DNA of 64,000 bases, from positions 3,552,001-3,616,000 of the forward strand of contig OZ245742.1 in NCBI GenBank assembly GCA_965227295.1. The letters are read 5' to 3'. This stretch comes from Leptonemataceae bacterium. Its GTDB lineage: Bacteria > Spirochaetota > Leptospiria > Leptospirales > Leptonemataceae. Every line of letters starts with the position of its first letter. The stretch's first letter is position 1. Below the pieces are notes generated by a model, which searched no databases, was not told the DNA's origin, and worked only from the letters and a program-made list of their open reading frames with translations. This document shows, piece by piece, positions 1 through 9,722 of this stretch. A program made the translations under genes and the position numbers.

Positions 1-1
1 G

Positions 2-310
2 GTCGGGGTCCTCCCGGGGCATGCTCCGCTGATTGGTCTCCTGGGCTTCGGCCCGCTGACGTTGACGGACTCCGTCGGTCGGCGCATGTTTGCCATTGAC
101 GGTGGTTTTGTAGAGATTACCCCGAAGCGGGTGACGGTCCTGGCCAATAGCGGACAGGCCCTGGAAGACGTGGACCTCGAAAAAGCACAGCGCGAATTCG
201 ATGAGGCCATGGCCCTGCACGCCCACGGCGACGACGCCGTGCGGGATCGTCTGGACCGCATCGCCGCGGCCCGCACGCGCCTCAAATACGCGGCTCAGCT
301 CAAGCGCTGA
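2..310 (+). CDS. atpC: ATP synthase F1 epsilon subunit (5'-truncated by window edge)
   Basis: Frame is open from position 2 (VGVLPGHAPLIGLL, the GxLPGHAP motif), then GGFVEITPKRVTVLA and a C-terminal helical hairpin. Confidence 0.93.
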   Translation, partial: VGVLPGHAPLIGLLGFGPLTLTDSVGRRMFAIDGGFVEITPKRVTVLANSGQALEDVDLEKAQREFDEAMALHAHGDDAVRDRLDRIAAARTRLKYAAQLKR

Positions 311-496
311 GTCGTTTTCCCGCCATTTTCCCGAAAAATGATGGGCGGAATCCCGCCGGGCGGTAAAAATTCCCCGGAATCCGCCCTTCGCACGCCTTAT
401 GTCTTAGATTTCGGGGTCCTATCATCCGATGATACAGTAGAGACCGGGCTCTCTCAGCGAAAGGCCCGGCAGTCTCATCTATAGAGTACAGGATTC

Positions 497-2539
497 ATGG
501 AAGAACTCGGGAATCAAGACAGCGATCTGGAAGATCTGCCCCCCCTGGACGACATGCCCTTCAGCCTCGACGACGAGCCGCTGGATCTGGGTGACATAGA
601 TCTGGAGGATGAAGGCGCCGCCGCGGGCGGTGATATCGGCGGGGATTTCTCCGACTCAGAAGGCGCAATGGAACTGGACCTCGATATGTCCGAGATGCCC
701 GAAATGGGCGAGCTGGACGCCGAAGTCGGCGACAGCGCGGACTTCGAAGCCGACGGTGATTTTTCCGTACTGGAAGACCCGGACGCGTCGGAGATCGATG
801 CATCGGACCTCGACGCGAGCGATGTGGCCGTACCGTCCGGGGACGAGGAAACTCCACCCGTTGACCTGGAAACCACCGACTCCGCTCCGGACGAAGCGGC
901 CGGCGCGGAAGGCGTAGCGCCGTCCTTTTTCGATGAGGACGAAGACGAGACCGTCGCGTTGTCCGAGGACGAACTGGAAGATATCCTGGGAAATACCGAC
1001 GAAGGTTTTTTCGAGGACTTCGGAGAGGGTTCCGACGCGGACGAAACTCCGGCCACGGCGGACGAAGACGCCCTGGAAATGCGAAGCGATGCGGACCTCG
1101 TCCCCGATGTGGACCTGGAGCCCATTGCACCCGGCGCCGACTCGGACGATGCGTTCTCCGACGCGGAAAGCCTGGAACTGCCTCCCGAAGAAGAACTGGG
1201 CTTCGATGACTTTCACGACGGCGACAGCGATGTGCCGGCCGTCAGCGCCGATGCGCTCGACGACGATGCGTTGGTAGACGATGATTCGGCCGACGAGTTC
1301 TCCGCGGGCATTCTGGAAGGAGATGACGACGAACCCATCGCGCTCTCCGAAGACGAACTGGATAATATCATGGGCGACGTGAGCCCGGGCACCGGCGAGA
1401 TGCTGGAAACGCCCGGCCCGGAAGACGACGATGATGTTCTCGAAGACTTCGGCCCGGTCGACGACCTGGACACGGACGTGGATCCCTTCGAAGATTCCGG
1501 CAGTGAATCTGCCGTGGACGGAATGCCGGAAGACGAAGACGACGAAAACATCACCCTCTCGGACGATGAGCTGAGCCAGGTCCTGTTGGACGCGGACGGC
1601 GAAGACAACGCGGCCGCGGACGTTCCGGAGAACCTGGACGACGAAGACGGCGCCGGGTTGGTCTCCTACGAGGACGAGGATGATGTTCCGGACAGCCCGT
1701 CGCTCTCGACGCTCGATATGGAAGATGACGAGCCCATCGCACTGACTCCCGAAGAACTGGGGAACATTGTCTCCGAGGTCGAAGGCGACGAGGTCGTAGA
1801 ATCCGACGGCATGGAGTTAGGCGAAGACGACTACGCCATGGCCGGCGTGGACGACGACGACTTCGGTGATTTTGAGACGGGTACGGACGATACCTTCGAG
1901 GCCGACGACGACTTCGGTGCCGCGGACGACGATTTTGCTGCCGCCGACGATGGTGAAGATTTCTCAGCCGACGATGACGAGGCCTACTCAGCAGACGCCC
2001 TGGGCGGTGACGATGACGGCGACGTGGCCCTGTCCGACAGCGAACTGGGGTCCATCCTCGAAGATACGGACACGGACAGCGCCACCACCGCCGAGGGAGT
2101 GGCCCCGCCGGACGATTTCGATGACTTCGACGACTTTGAAGATGCCGGCGACTTTGCTGACAGCGGCGATGCCGGCGACGTGGACGAGGCCGCGGCCGTA
2201 GCCGGCGTGGTGCCCTCGGACGATGAGTTCGCCGACGGCAAGGTCATCGTGCTGGACGAGTACGAAGATCAGGGCGGGGACGAACCGGTGGTCGAAGGAC
2301 CGCCGGAAATCGAAGAGGATGCGGCGGCAGTGGCTCCTGCGGCGGCGGCATCCGAGGGTCTGGCCGCACGGGCCGAACGCATTGCCGATGAGGAAAACCT
2401 CAACCGCGAAGAACTGCGCACCATGATCTCGTATCTGGACGGACTCTTCGACCAATTGCCCGAGGACACCGTGCGCGAATTCAGCCGCTCGCAGTACTTT
2501 GATCTATACAAGAAGATCATGGGCGAACTCGGCCTGTAA
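497..2539 (+). CDS. Highly acidic, largely disordered protein with a spirochaete-type C-terminal helical domain
   Basis: 680 aa, D/E-rich, five xxLSxDELxxI motifs; C-terminus YLDGLFDQLPEDTVREFSRSQYFDLYKKIMGELGL. Confidence 0.8.
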   Translation: MEELGNQDSDLEDLPPLDDMPFSLDDEPLDLGDIDLEDEGAAAGGDIGGDFSDSEGAMELDLDMSEMPEMGELDAEVGDSADFEADGDFSVLEDPDASEIDASDLDASDVAVPSGDEETPPVDLETTDSAPDEAAGAEGVAPSFFDEDEDETVALSEDELEDILGNTDEGFFEDFGEGSDADETPATADEDALEMRSDADLVPDVDLEPIAPGADSDDAFSDAESLELPPEEELGFDDFHDGDSDVPAVSADALDDDALVDDDSADEFSAGILEGDDDEPIALSEDELDNIMGDVSPGTGEMLETPGPEDDDDVLEDFGPVDDLDTDVDPFEDSGSESAVDGMPEDEDDENITLSDDELSQVLLDADGEDNAAADVPENLDDEDGAGLVSYEDEDDVPDSPSLSTLDMEDDEPIALTPEELGNIVSEVEGDEVVESDGMELGEDDYAMAGVDDDDFGDFETGTDDTFEADDDFGAADDDFAAADDGEDFSADDDEAYSADALGGDDDGDVALSDSELGSILEDTDTDSATTAEGVAPPDDFDDFDDFEDAGDFADSGDAGDVDEAAAVAGVVPSDDEFADGKVIVLDEYEDQGGDEPVVEGPPEIEEDAAAVAPAAAASEGLAARAERIADEENLNREELRTMISYLDGLFDQLPEDTVREFSRSQYFDLYKKIMGELGL

Positions 2540-2565
2540 GTGTAAGATGTTTCCGATCACGATCT

Positions 2566-5500
2566 ATGGGGTTGCTCGAAAAAGCCACGCGTTTCGCCGC
2601 GGAACTCAGCGACGACGATTCACCTCCGTCTATTGATCGTGCCGTGCGCGGGCTCCGTGCGCGGGCGGACCTCTTTCGCAAAGAGGACGGCCTGCGCGAG
2701 CAGCGATCCGCCGCTCCCTCTCCATCGGCTCCCGCCTCCGGCGTAAAAATCCGCGGTCTGCGTGAACGGGCCGAGACCATGCGTGAGGCCGATCGCGAGC
2801 AGGGCATCGAAACCCCGCCGCCCGCCGCCAGCGAACCTCCGGCGGAGGGCCCGGTCCCCGGCATCAGTCAGGCGGAGATTGTCGCGCTGGACGACGACTT
2901 CCTGGCGGAAATGCTGCCGGAAGAAGAGGTCGACGCCGCCTTTGATATGGCGTCCGAGCCTGCGCCGGTCGCAGAAGGGAGCGGCACTGTAACCGACAGG
3001 CCCGCAGCAGAGGCGGCCCCGTCCGTCGCTGAAACAGCGCCGCGGGAAGCCCGGACACCCGAACCCGCCAGGCCATCGCAAGAACCTGCGCCCGCGGTCC
3101 CGGAGGCTCCTGCGCCTGCCGCGTCGGATGAAGGCAAGGGCGGCGGACTCCTGGCCCGCGCGGAATCTCTCCGGGATGAGCCGGAAACCGGGGCAGAAGC
3201 ACCCGCCCCGGCTGCCGGGGAGCCTGAGCCGATTGCGGAAGAGCCCGCTCCAATTGCGGAAGAACCGGCCCCTGTCGCAGAGGAATCCGCGGCCATCGAC
3301 GACGGTGATTTCGAATCGGCCCTGGACCTGGAGAGCGCTCTCGACTTCGACGACGATCTGTCCTTCGAAGCCGACGAAGACACGGCGCCCGCATCCAGAG
3401 AAGAAGAACTCGTTTTCGCAGATGATCCCCTGGACGAATCGGCAGCCGTTGATGATTCGTCTGTAACTTCTGATGAGCAGGAGTTAGAGAAGGAGCCCGT
3501 CGACGAAGCGGAGTCGGACTTCGCCACCGATGAGTTCGATTATCTCCTCGATGACGAAGGACTGCCGGACGACGCGACCGCTGAAGAAGAGGACGTGCTC
3601 ATCGGTGACGATGCGGATCGCCTGGGCGAAGCGCCGTCTCCGCAGTCGGGCATGGACGTGGACGGCGATGCGGCGACAGCGGAGCAGCCGGCCTACGATA
3701 CCGAGGCGATGAAGGAATTCGACGATTTCCTCGAACGCGAAATTCTGCCCGAGGACTTGCCTGAGGCACCGCGACGGCCTTCCGCCGGGGATGATGCCGG
3801 CGATGGCCTCTTCGCGGATGAACCCTTCGCCGCCGAGGACGGCTTTCCCGACCTCGACTACAAACCCTCGGATCCGGCGGACGACCCGGCGCTGGACGGG
3901 CGCACGGCGCTTACGCCGGCGGACGAGGCCGATGAAGAAGACCCCTTCGGCCTATGGGAGCGGGACGCCGAACAGCAGGCGGAGGATGAGTCCCGTCGTC
4001 TCGCATCGGGCCGTGATGCCGAAGAGATGGAGCACAGCGACGGCTCCATCGTCCTCGAACAGGGAGACGGTTTTTCCACCGAACCGATCGAAGCGCACAT
4101 TGCGTCCCAGCGTAAGATCGATCACTACCTGGCGTTGTTCGACATCACGAAAGAGATTTCGAACATTGCCGATTTCGACGAGCTCTGGGAGAGCCTGCTG
4201 TATGCGATCATGGGACAGGTGGGCGCCGAGACGATCTGTATCTTCTCTTCGACGCAGCGCGTGCAGTCCGGTGCCATCTATTACCCCGTGGCGCATTCGG
4301 GTTTCGAGATGCCCGAGGGCTGGGCCCTCAAACGCGGCGACGAGCTTTACGACCGTGCCGCCGAAGAAAGCGGCGTAAAGTACGCCGAGGAATTCTTAAG
4401 CTCCGTCGGCGATCCGATCTCGCCGCTGGAACGCAGGATCCTGGAAACATCGCGGGCGCAACTGGTGGTCCCGCTCAAGAACATGAATCACATGTTCGGC
4501 ATTGTCTTACTCGGCGGCCAGGTTTCCGGCGATGACTATACCATCGACGACATGGAGTTCCTGACGCTCCTCGGTGAGATTGCGGCGGTGGGCGTGGACC
4601 GGGTGCTTTCCCGCATCGAGTTCGAGCGGGACACCGAAGAGTTGCGCCGGCGGAACGTCGTGCACGGCAGCATGTTCTCGCTGGCCCGGCGTGCCTCCAC
4701 GACGAAGTCCATCGACGAGATGTACGACATCCTCACGCAACACCTGCGCGAGGACTTCCACGTGGAGTCGTTCTCCCTCGTGCTGCTCTCGCCGAAGGAT
4801 CGCTCGTATCGCATCTTTGCCGGGAATGAGATCAGTCCGGAGTCCATTGAGAAGTTCCGGCTCCCGACGGACTCGGATCTCATCGCCACGATCTCCAACC
4901 TGGTGCGAGTCTACGATCTCAAGGATTTCAGGGAAAACCGTGAAATCACTTCATCTTATACGAACGACGACCTCGCCTTAATGCAACATTACTGGATCGT
5001 ACCGCTCATCAACATGAACTGGCTGGTGGGATTCATTACGATTCATCGCACTAACGCGCCGTGGACCGAGTTCCATCGTGAGCTGATGGTCACCGCCGCG
5101 GAAATCGTTTCCGCCGTGTTCGCGAATTGCATCATCATGGGCGAGCGTGAGACGCTGTTCCGCGATCCGTTCAGCCCCCTGGAAGAACGCCTGAAACGCG
5201 AACTGGATCGTTCGGCGCAGTTTCAGGCGCCGCTCAGCCTCGTGGACATTCGCGTGCGCAACATCAAGCGTCTGGTGGAACTCAACCCGTCCGACGAAAT
5301 CGCGGAATTCCTGGCGGCGCTGAATCGCTCGATTGCGACGTTCCTGTTCGAGTCGGATTTCATGGCCCGGGTCGGTCAGGGACGTTTTGCTTTGATTCTG
5401 CCGGGCCGCAGTAAAGAGGAGGCGGACGTCTTCGCGAAGAAACTGCGCGCGGAATTCCGGCGCATGCGTTTGCTTCCGGGCTCGCCGGTGGACATTCAGT

Positions 5501-5571
5501 ACAACCACAACATCGTCACCGCCCCCGCCGATACGGATGACGCCGGAAAAATGTTGTCCATTTTCGAATAA
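2566..5571 (+). CDS. Acidic N-terminal region + two GAF domains + degenerate GGDEF-like domain
   Basis: GAF motifs LVVPLKNMNHMFGIVLLG and WIVPLINMNWLVGFITI; C-terminus DFMARVGQGRFALILP has GQGRF in place of GGDEF. Confidence 0.8.
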   Translation: MGLLEKATRFAAELSDDDSPPSIDRAVRGLRARADLFRKEDGLREQRSAAPSPSAPASGVKIRGLRERAETMREADREQGIETPPPAASEPPAEGPVPGISQAEIVALDDDFLAEMLPEEEVDAAFDMASEPAPVAEGSGTVTDRPAAEAAPSVAETAPREARTPEPARPSQEPAPAVPEAPAPAASDEGKGGGLLARAESLRDEPETGAEAPAPAAGEPEPIAEEPAPIAEEPAPVAEESAAIDDGDFESALDLESALDFDDDLSFEADEDTAPASREEELVFADDPLDESAAVDDSSVTSDEQELEKEPVDEAESDFATDEFDYLLDDEGLPDDATAEEEDVLIGDDADRLGEAPSPQSGMDVDGDAATAEQPAYDTEAMKEFDDFLEREILPEDLPEAPRRPSAGDDAGDGLFADEPFAAEDGFPDLDYKPSDPADDPALDGRTALTPADEADEEDPFGLWERDAEQQAEDESRRLASGRDAEEMEHSDGSIVLEQGDGFSTEPIEAHIASQRKIDHYLALFDITKEISNIADFDELWESLLYAIMGQVGAETICIFSSTQRVQSGAIYYPVAHSGFEMPEGWALKRGDELYDRAAEESGVKYAEEFLSSVGDPISPLERRILETSRAQLVVPLKNMNHMFGIVLLGGQVSGDDYTIDDMEFLTLLGEIAAVGVDRVLSRIEFERDTEELRRRNVVHGSMFSLARRASTTKSIDEMYDILTQHLREDFHVESFSLVLLSPKDRSYRIFAGNEISPESIEKFRLPTDSDLIATISNLVRVYDLKDFRENREITSSYTNDDLALMQHYWIVPLINMNWLVGFITIHRTNAPWTEFHRELMVTAAEIVSAVFANCIIMGERETLFRDPFSPLEERLKRELDRSAQFQAPLSLVDIRVRNIKRLVELNPSDEIAEFLAALNRSIATFLFESDFMARVGQGRFALILPGRSKEEADVFAKKLRAEFRRMRLLPGSPVDIQYNHNIVTAPADTDDAGKMLSIFE
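3220..3282 (+). repeat. Three 21-bp in-frame tandem repeats (EPEPIAE/EPAPIAE/EPAPVAE)
   Basis: gagcctgagccgattgcggaa gagcccgctccaattgcggaa gaaccggcccctgtcgcagag. Confidence 0.7.
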
Positions 5572-5590
5572 TCCCTGACATCGTAGAATC

Positions 5591-6232
5591 ATGCAGTCTT
5601 CCGTGATCGCGGCGTATTCGCGCGCATTTTTCCTCACGGCCGTCGGGTGTGTCGTTCTCTGTAGCGCTTTTGTTGCCTGTCGCAGCGGTGAGACGACCTC
5701 CGACGGCGGGGGGACCGAAACGTCCGACGGCGGTTTTCAGGAAGATCAGCCGCAATACCCGGAACCCGGCGACGACCCGTTCTTCCACGAGGATACCGAG
5801 GACTCCACTGCCTTTCGGGTGCTCATTCGCCGGGGGAACTACGAGGTCCGGCAGGTACAGTACAAAAACGCCGTCAAACGCAAAGAAGATCCTGTGGGGG
5901 ACCGCGAGCAGATGCAGTTCTTCCACGAGAAGCTGCAGGAAATCGACTTTATTGAGATGACTCTCGAAGGTACCATTGAAGTACGCCTCAGCCCCATCAA
6001 CGGACAAATCGAACACATTACGTACGTGAACGGTAAGACGCCGCGCACCTGGCAGGCCAGTAAGTACTTTCAGGACGACGTCAGCCGCTTTCGTTTCGAA
6101 GCACCCAACGGCGGCGTACCCATGCGCCGTTTTCGCGTGGAGTACCGCTGGCGCATCGATCCGCGGGAAGGCATGTCCGAGGAAGAACGCAAGCGTCGGG
6201 CCGTGGAGTGGCTGAAACAACAGACGCGCTGA
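5591..6232 (+). CDS. Lipoprotein, possibly with a TonB-C-terminal-like domain
   Basis: Hydrophobic N-terminus ending AFVAC (lipobox); fold assignment is inference. Confidence 0.6.
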   Translation: MQSSVIAAYSRAFFLTAVGCVVLCSAFVACRSGETTSDGGGTETSDGGFQEDQPQYPEPGDDPFFHEDTEDSTAFRVLIRRGNYEVRQVQYKNAVKRKEDPVGDREQMQFFHEKLQEIDFIEMTLEGTIEVRLSPINGQIEHITYVNGKTPRTWQASKYFQDDVSRFRFEAPNGGVPMRRFRVEYRWRIDPREGMSEEERKRRAVEWLKQQTR

Positions 6233-6236
6233 ACTT

Positions 6237-6905
6237 ATGTTTTTGCTGATCGTAACGCAGACGTTGCACGTCGTGATGATCATCGTCGGGATCGTCGCCG
6301 CGGCTGTGTTTGCGTTTTTGTTTTATCGACTCTTTATTCATCCGGCGTTGCAGCTGAAGGCCGACCAGGAGTCGCCGCCGCCCGAGGCGGGCTATACCCT
6401 CGACATCATTCTGGAAGATCCGACGCGCTTTCGTACGATCGCCGTGGGTTGTCTGGACGGGGACATCAAGCTGCGCCTGAACGGCATCAAAGAAGATCAG
6501 CTCGTGCTGAAGTTCAAGAAGGAGCGGGACTTAGAAGAGTACGAAATCACCGTGGTGCCCGGGGCGAATATCTTTTACCGGGCCCCGCACGCGCAGAAGA
6601 TCGAGCCGCTCAAGAGTTCCGAGATTTTCGAAAGCCGCGAACTGATCGGTCACCCGGCGCTCTTTCGAGTCGCGGCGCACGTAAAGAATAACCGCCCGCT
6701 GCAATACGTGGAGTTCGAGCTTTCGACGCAGTACTTCATCAACAACATCGGCGAAGAAAAAATGAAATTCCCGCTGACGATGAAGCGCATCTTCCCCGGC
6801 GTGGATGTCAACTCGCGCAATAAGAAGGGCCTCTACGTCTTCGGCCGCTTCCAGGTGGAGCACAGCGACCAGGAGGAGGAAGCCGCCGCCGAAGCGGAGG
6901 CCTGA
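6237..6905 (+). CDS. Membrane-anchored hypothetical protein
   Basis: 222 aa, N-terminal TM helix, closely spaced between neighbouring genes on the same strand. Confidence 0.7.
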   Translation: MFLLIVTQTLHVVMIIVGIVAAAVFAFLFYRLFIHPALQLKADQESPPPEAGYTLDIILEDPTRFRTIAVGCLDGDIKLRLNGIKEDQLVLKFKKERDLEEYEITVVPGANIFYRAPHAQKIEPLKSSEIFESRELIGHPALFRVAAHVKNNRPLQYVEFELSTQYFINNIGEEKMKFPLTMKRIFPGVDVNSRNKKGLYVFGRFQVEHSDQEEEAAAEAEA

Positions 6906-6925
6906 TCCTCAAATACAAACATCTT

Positions 6926-8290
6926 ATGGAATCATCTTTAGCCTCACCAAAATCCGGACTGCGTTTTCACGCCAGGCTGCGCTGCATCGAATGCAATGCG
7001 GAGTATTCGCTCACCGAAGTCATCTATCGTTGCCGTAGTTGCGACGGCCTGCTCGGCGTCAGCCACGACCTGGAACCGATTCGTTCGGTGGGCGCTACGA
7101 CCTGGAAGAATCTTTTTACCGAACGCATGGGTTCGTTTACGAAGGCGGATTCGAGCGGGATCTGGTCGAAACGCGAGTGGGTGTTACCGGACATCCACGA
7201 CGACGACATCGTCACCCACGGCGAAGGACGAACGCCGCTTTCGGATCTGCCGGAACTCGCGGAGGAACTGGGACTCAGGGAGCTGCGCATCAAGCAGTGC
7301 GGCGTTTCGCATACGGGTTCGTTTAAGGACCTGGGCATGACCGTGCTCGTCAGCCACGTGAAGTCGCTCATGCGTCAGGGGACGAATATCCGTGCGGTGG
7401 CCTGCGCGTCATCCGGCGATACCTCCGCGGCTCTCGCTGCTTACGCTGCCGCGGCGGGAGTGCCGACGATCGTATTTTTACCGGCGGGCAAGATCTCCAC
7501 GGCCCAGCTACTGCAGCCGCTGGCCTGCGGCGCCCATGTCCTTTCCCTGGATACCGACTTCGACGGTTGCATGGCAATTGTTCGAGAAGTCACCGGCCGG
7601 GATCCTTCCATTTATCTTGCGAACTCCATGAACCCGTTGCGCATCGAAGGACAGAAGACCGTGGCCGTCGAGTTGTGCCAGCAAATGCACTGGGACGTTC
7701 CCGATTGGGTCATCATTCCCGGCGGGAACCTGGGCAACGTCCACGCGCTCGGGGAGGGCTTCAAGCTCTTGAGGGAGGCCGGCATCATCGATCGTTTTCC
7801 GCGCATCTGTGTGGCCCAGGCGGAGCGGGCGAATCCGCTGTACCTGAGTTTTAAGAAAGACTTCACGGAGTACCAGCCGGTGGCTGCCGGTGATACCCAG
7901 GCGTCGGCGATTCGCATCGGCAATCCGGTGAGTTACCCGCGTGCCGTTCGTACGCTGCGTGAATTCGAAGGCGTGGTGGAACAGGCCACGGAAGCGGAGT
8001 TGGCCCAGGCGGCGGCGCGTACGGATCGCCACGGGCAGTTTACCGATCCGCATACGGCAGTGGCCCTGGCGTCGCTCTTTAAACTGCGCGAGTCCGGGAT
8101 CATCGAGGGTGGACAGCGTGTGGCCCTCATCTCCACCGCGCATGGTCTGAAGTTTGTGGAGTTCAAAACGGCGTATCACGAAGCGCGGCTGCCGGGGCAG
8201 AGCGAGTATCCGCATCGCAACGAACCCGTCCGTTTACCGGCGAACGGCGACGCGGTCCGTCGCAAACTGAACGAACTCCTGGGCGGTTGA
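6926..8290 (+). CDS. thrC: Threonine synthase
   Basis: HTGSFKDLGM PLP-lysine motif, CASSGDTSAA, NSMNPLRIEGQKT, PGGNLGN, STAHGLKF; N-terminal Cys pairs. Confidence 0.95.
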   Translation: MESSLASPKSGLRFHARLRCIECNAEYSLTEVIYRCRSCDGLLGVSHDLEPIRSVGATTWKNLFTERMGSFTKADSSGIWSKREWVLPDIHDDDIVTHGEGRTPLSDLPELAEELGLRELRIKQCGVSHTGSFKDLGMTVLVSHVKSLMRQGTNIRAVACASSGDTSAALAAYAAAAGVPTIVFLPAGKISTAQLLQPLACGAHVLSLDTDFDGCMAIVREVTGRDPSIYLANSMNPLRIEGQKTVAVELCQQMHWDVPDWVIIPGGNLGNVHALGEGFKLLREAGIIDRFPRICVAQAERANPLYLSFKKDFTEYQPVAAGDTQASAIRIGNPVSYPRAVRTLREFEGVVEQATEAELAQAAARTDRHGQFTDPHTAVALASLFKLRESGIIEGGQRVALISTAHGLKFVEFKTAYHEARLPGQSEYPHRNEPVRLPANGDAVRRKLNELLGG

Positions 8291-8320
8291 GTCGACGTTC
8301 GAGGATGATGTACGAACTGC

Positions 8321-9097
8321 ATGGGCGGCGCACACGAAATAGAAGCAACGCTGGCCGAAGCCTTTCGCAACTATAAGACGATCGTACTGCGCTCGCGCCT
8401 GCTGCGTGATCGCGGCGAAGAAAAGCTCGAGATCATCGTCGATCGCCTGTTGCAGTTTCTGAATCGTCACGATCTGGCCGGTCCCATCTATGCCGCGGTG
8501 CGCGAGTTAGTGCAGAACGCATCCAAGGCGAATCTCAAACGCATCCTCTTTGAAGATCTGGGCGTGGATCCCGACGACGACTCGCGTTACCAGGAGGGCA
8601 TGCAGATCTTTCGGCGCCAGCTCATCCGAACGAAACTCAAGGGCTACGCCCCGCGCATCGTGGAGAAACGCCTCTACTTTAAGATTCGTTTCGAGTACAG
8701 CCCCGAGGTCATTGTCGCCACCGTGCGCAACCCCTTCGAACTCTACGAGGCCGAAGAAGCCCGCATCCGCCAGAAATTCGTGCAGGCCCGGGGCATCGAC
8801 AATCTCTACGACTTTTACTTAAAGCACGGCGATACCGTGGAGGGCGCGGGCATGGGCATTGCGATGGTGCTGATCCTGCTGAATCAGGCCGGCTTTGCGA
8901 GTCGCTGCCTCAGTATCTTTACGGACCGTCGAGCCGGCGAAACAGTCTCGCGAATGATTCTACCGCTCCGCGAAGATTATCGCCCGCCCCGCGAACGTTT
9001 CGTGGACGAACAGGAACGACGGGGAGTGACGGCCGAGGCGCTGCGTGATATGATGACCCGCGGCGAAGTGCGGATACCGATTTTCGAAAATCGCTGA
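8321..9097 (+). CDS. Stand-alone histidine-kinase-like ATPase (HATPase_c/GHKL)
   Basis: N-box ELVQNASKAN and G-box EGAGMGIAMV; paralogous to 30949-31665 and 31712-32467. Confidence 0.7.
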   Translation: MGGAHEIEATLAEAFRNYKTIVLRSRLLRDRGEEKLEIIVDRLLQFLNRHDLAGPIYAAVRELVQNASKANLKRILFEDLGVDPDDDSRYQEGMQIFRRQLIRTKLKGYAPRIVEKRLYFKIRFEYSPEVIVATVRNPFELYEAEEARIRQKFVQARGIDNLYDFYLKHGDTVEGAGMGIAMVLILLNQAGFASRCLSIFTDRRAGETVSRMILPLREDYRPPRERFVDEQERRGVTAEALRDMMTRGEVRIPIFENR

Positions 9098-9139
9098 AAT
9101 GCCGGGGAACCCGGGGAATATGGCAGGGCGGATTGTTAG

Positions 9140-9670
9140 CGAACCGCTCTTGAATTACCGGAAACGCTCAGGTTTTTTGCGCCCGCCCCGAATCGTGCAG
9201 TAAGTGGCGGCCATTGTACATTAAGGCTCTTATGGGTACAGCTGGTTCCAGCTAACGAGCGGAGGTCATGCCGGGGAATGTGGTAAGGCGCACCGGAACG
9301 GCGTCTTCGTCGCAAGATTCGCCTCGGTAGCTGAGTCGCACAATCAGCGTCCGGGTCGAACGCAGTATTCTCAGCAAAACGAAACTCCACAACTCCCGCT
9401 CAACTGTAGCAATAAAGCCCCCTTCACAATTCCGCGACTTGCTTCATGTGTCTCACGGCAAACGCTACGAGACACAGCTCTTGAACTACCGGAAACGCTC
9501 AGGTTGTTTGCGCCCGCCCCGAATCGTGAAGTAAGTGGCGGTCAGTGTACATTAAGGCTTTTATGGGTACGGCTGGTTCCAGGCGACGCCTGGAGGTTAT
9601 GCCGGGGGACGTGGTAAGGCGCACCGGAACGGCGTCTTCTTCGTAAAGATCCAACTAGCGAATCCGCACC
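9140..9670. repeat. Array 1 of ~330-bp non-coding repeat (copy A complete, copy B partial)
   Basis: Anchor ctcttgaa at 9147 and 9478 (period 331); shared core ttaagg..ttatgggtac.gctggttccag..ggagg..gccgggg..tggtaaggcgcaccggaacggcgtcttc. Confidence 0.92.
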
Positions 9671-9722
9671 CCGGAGCCCCGCTCTATCCGTGAGGTGAGC
9701 CGTGGCCAACGGCTTAGAGGTT

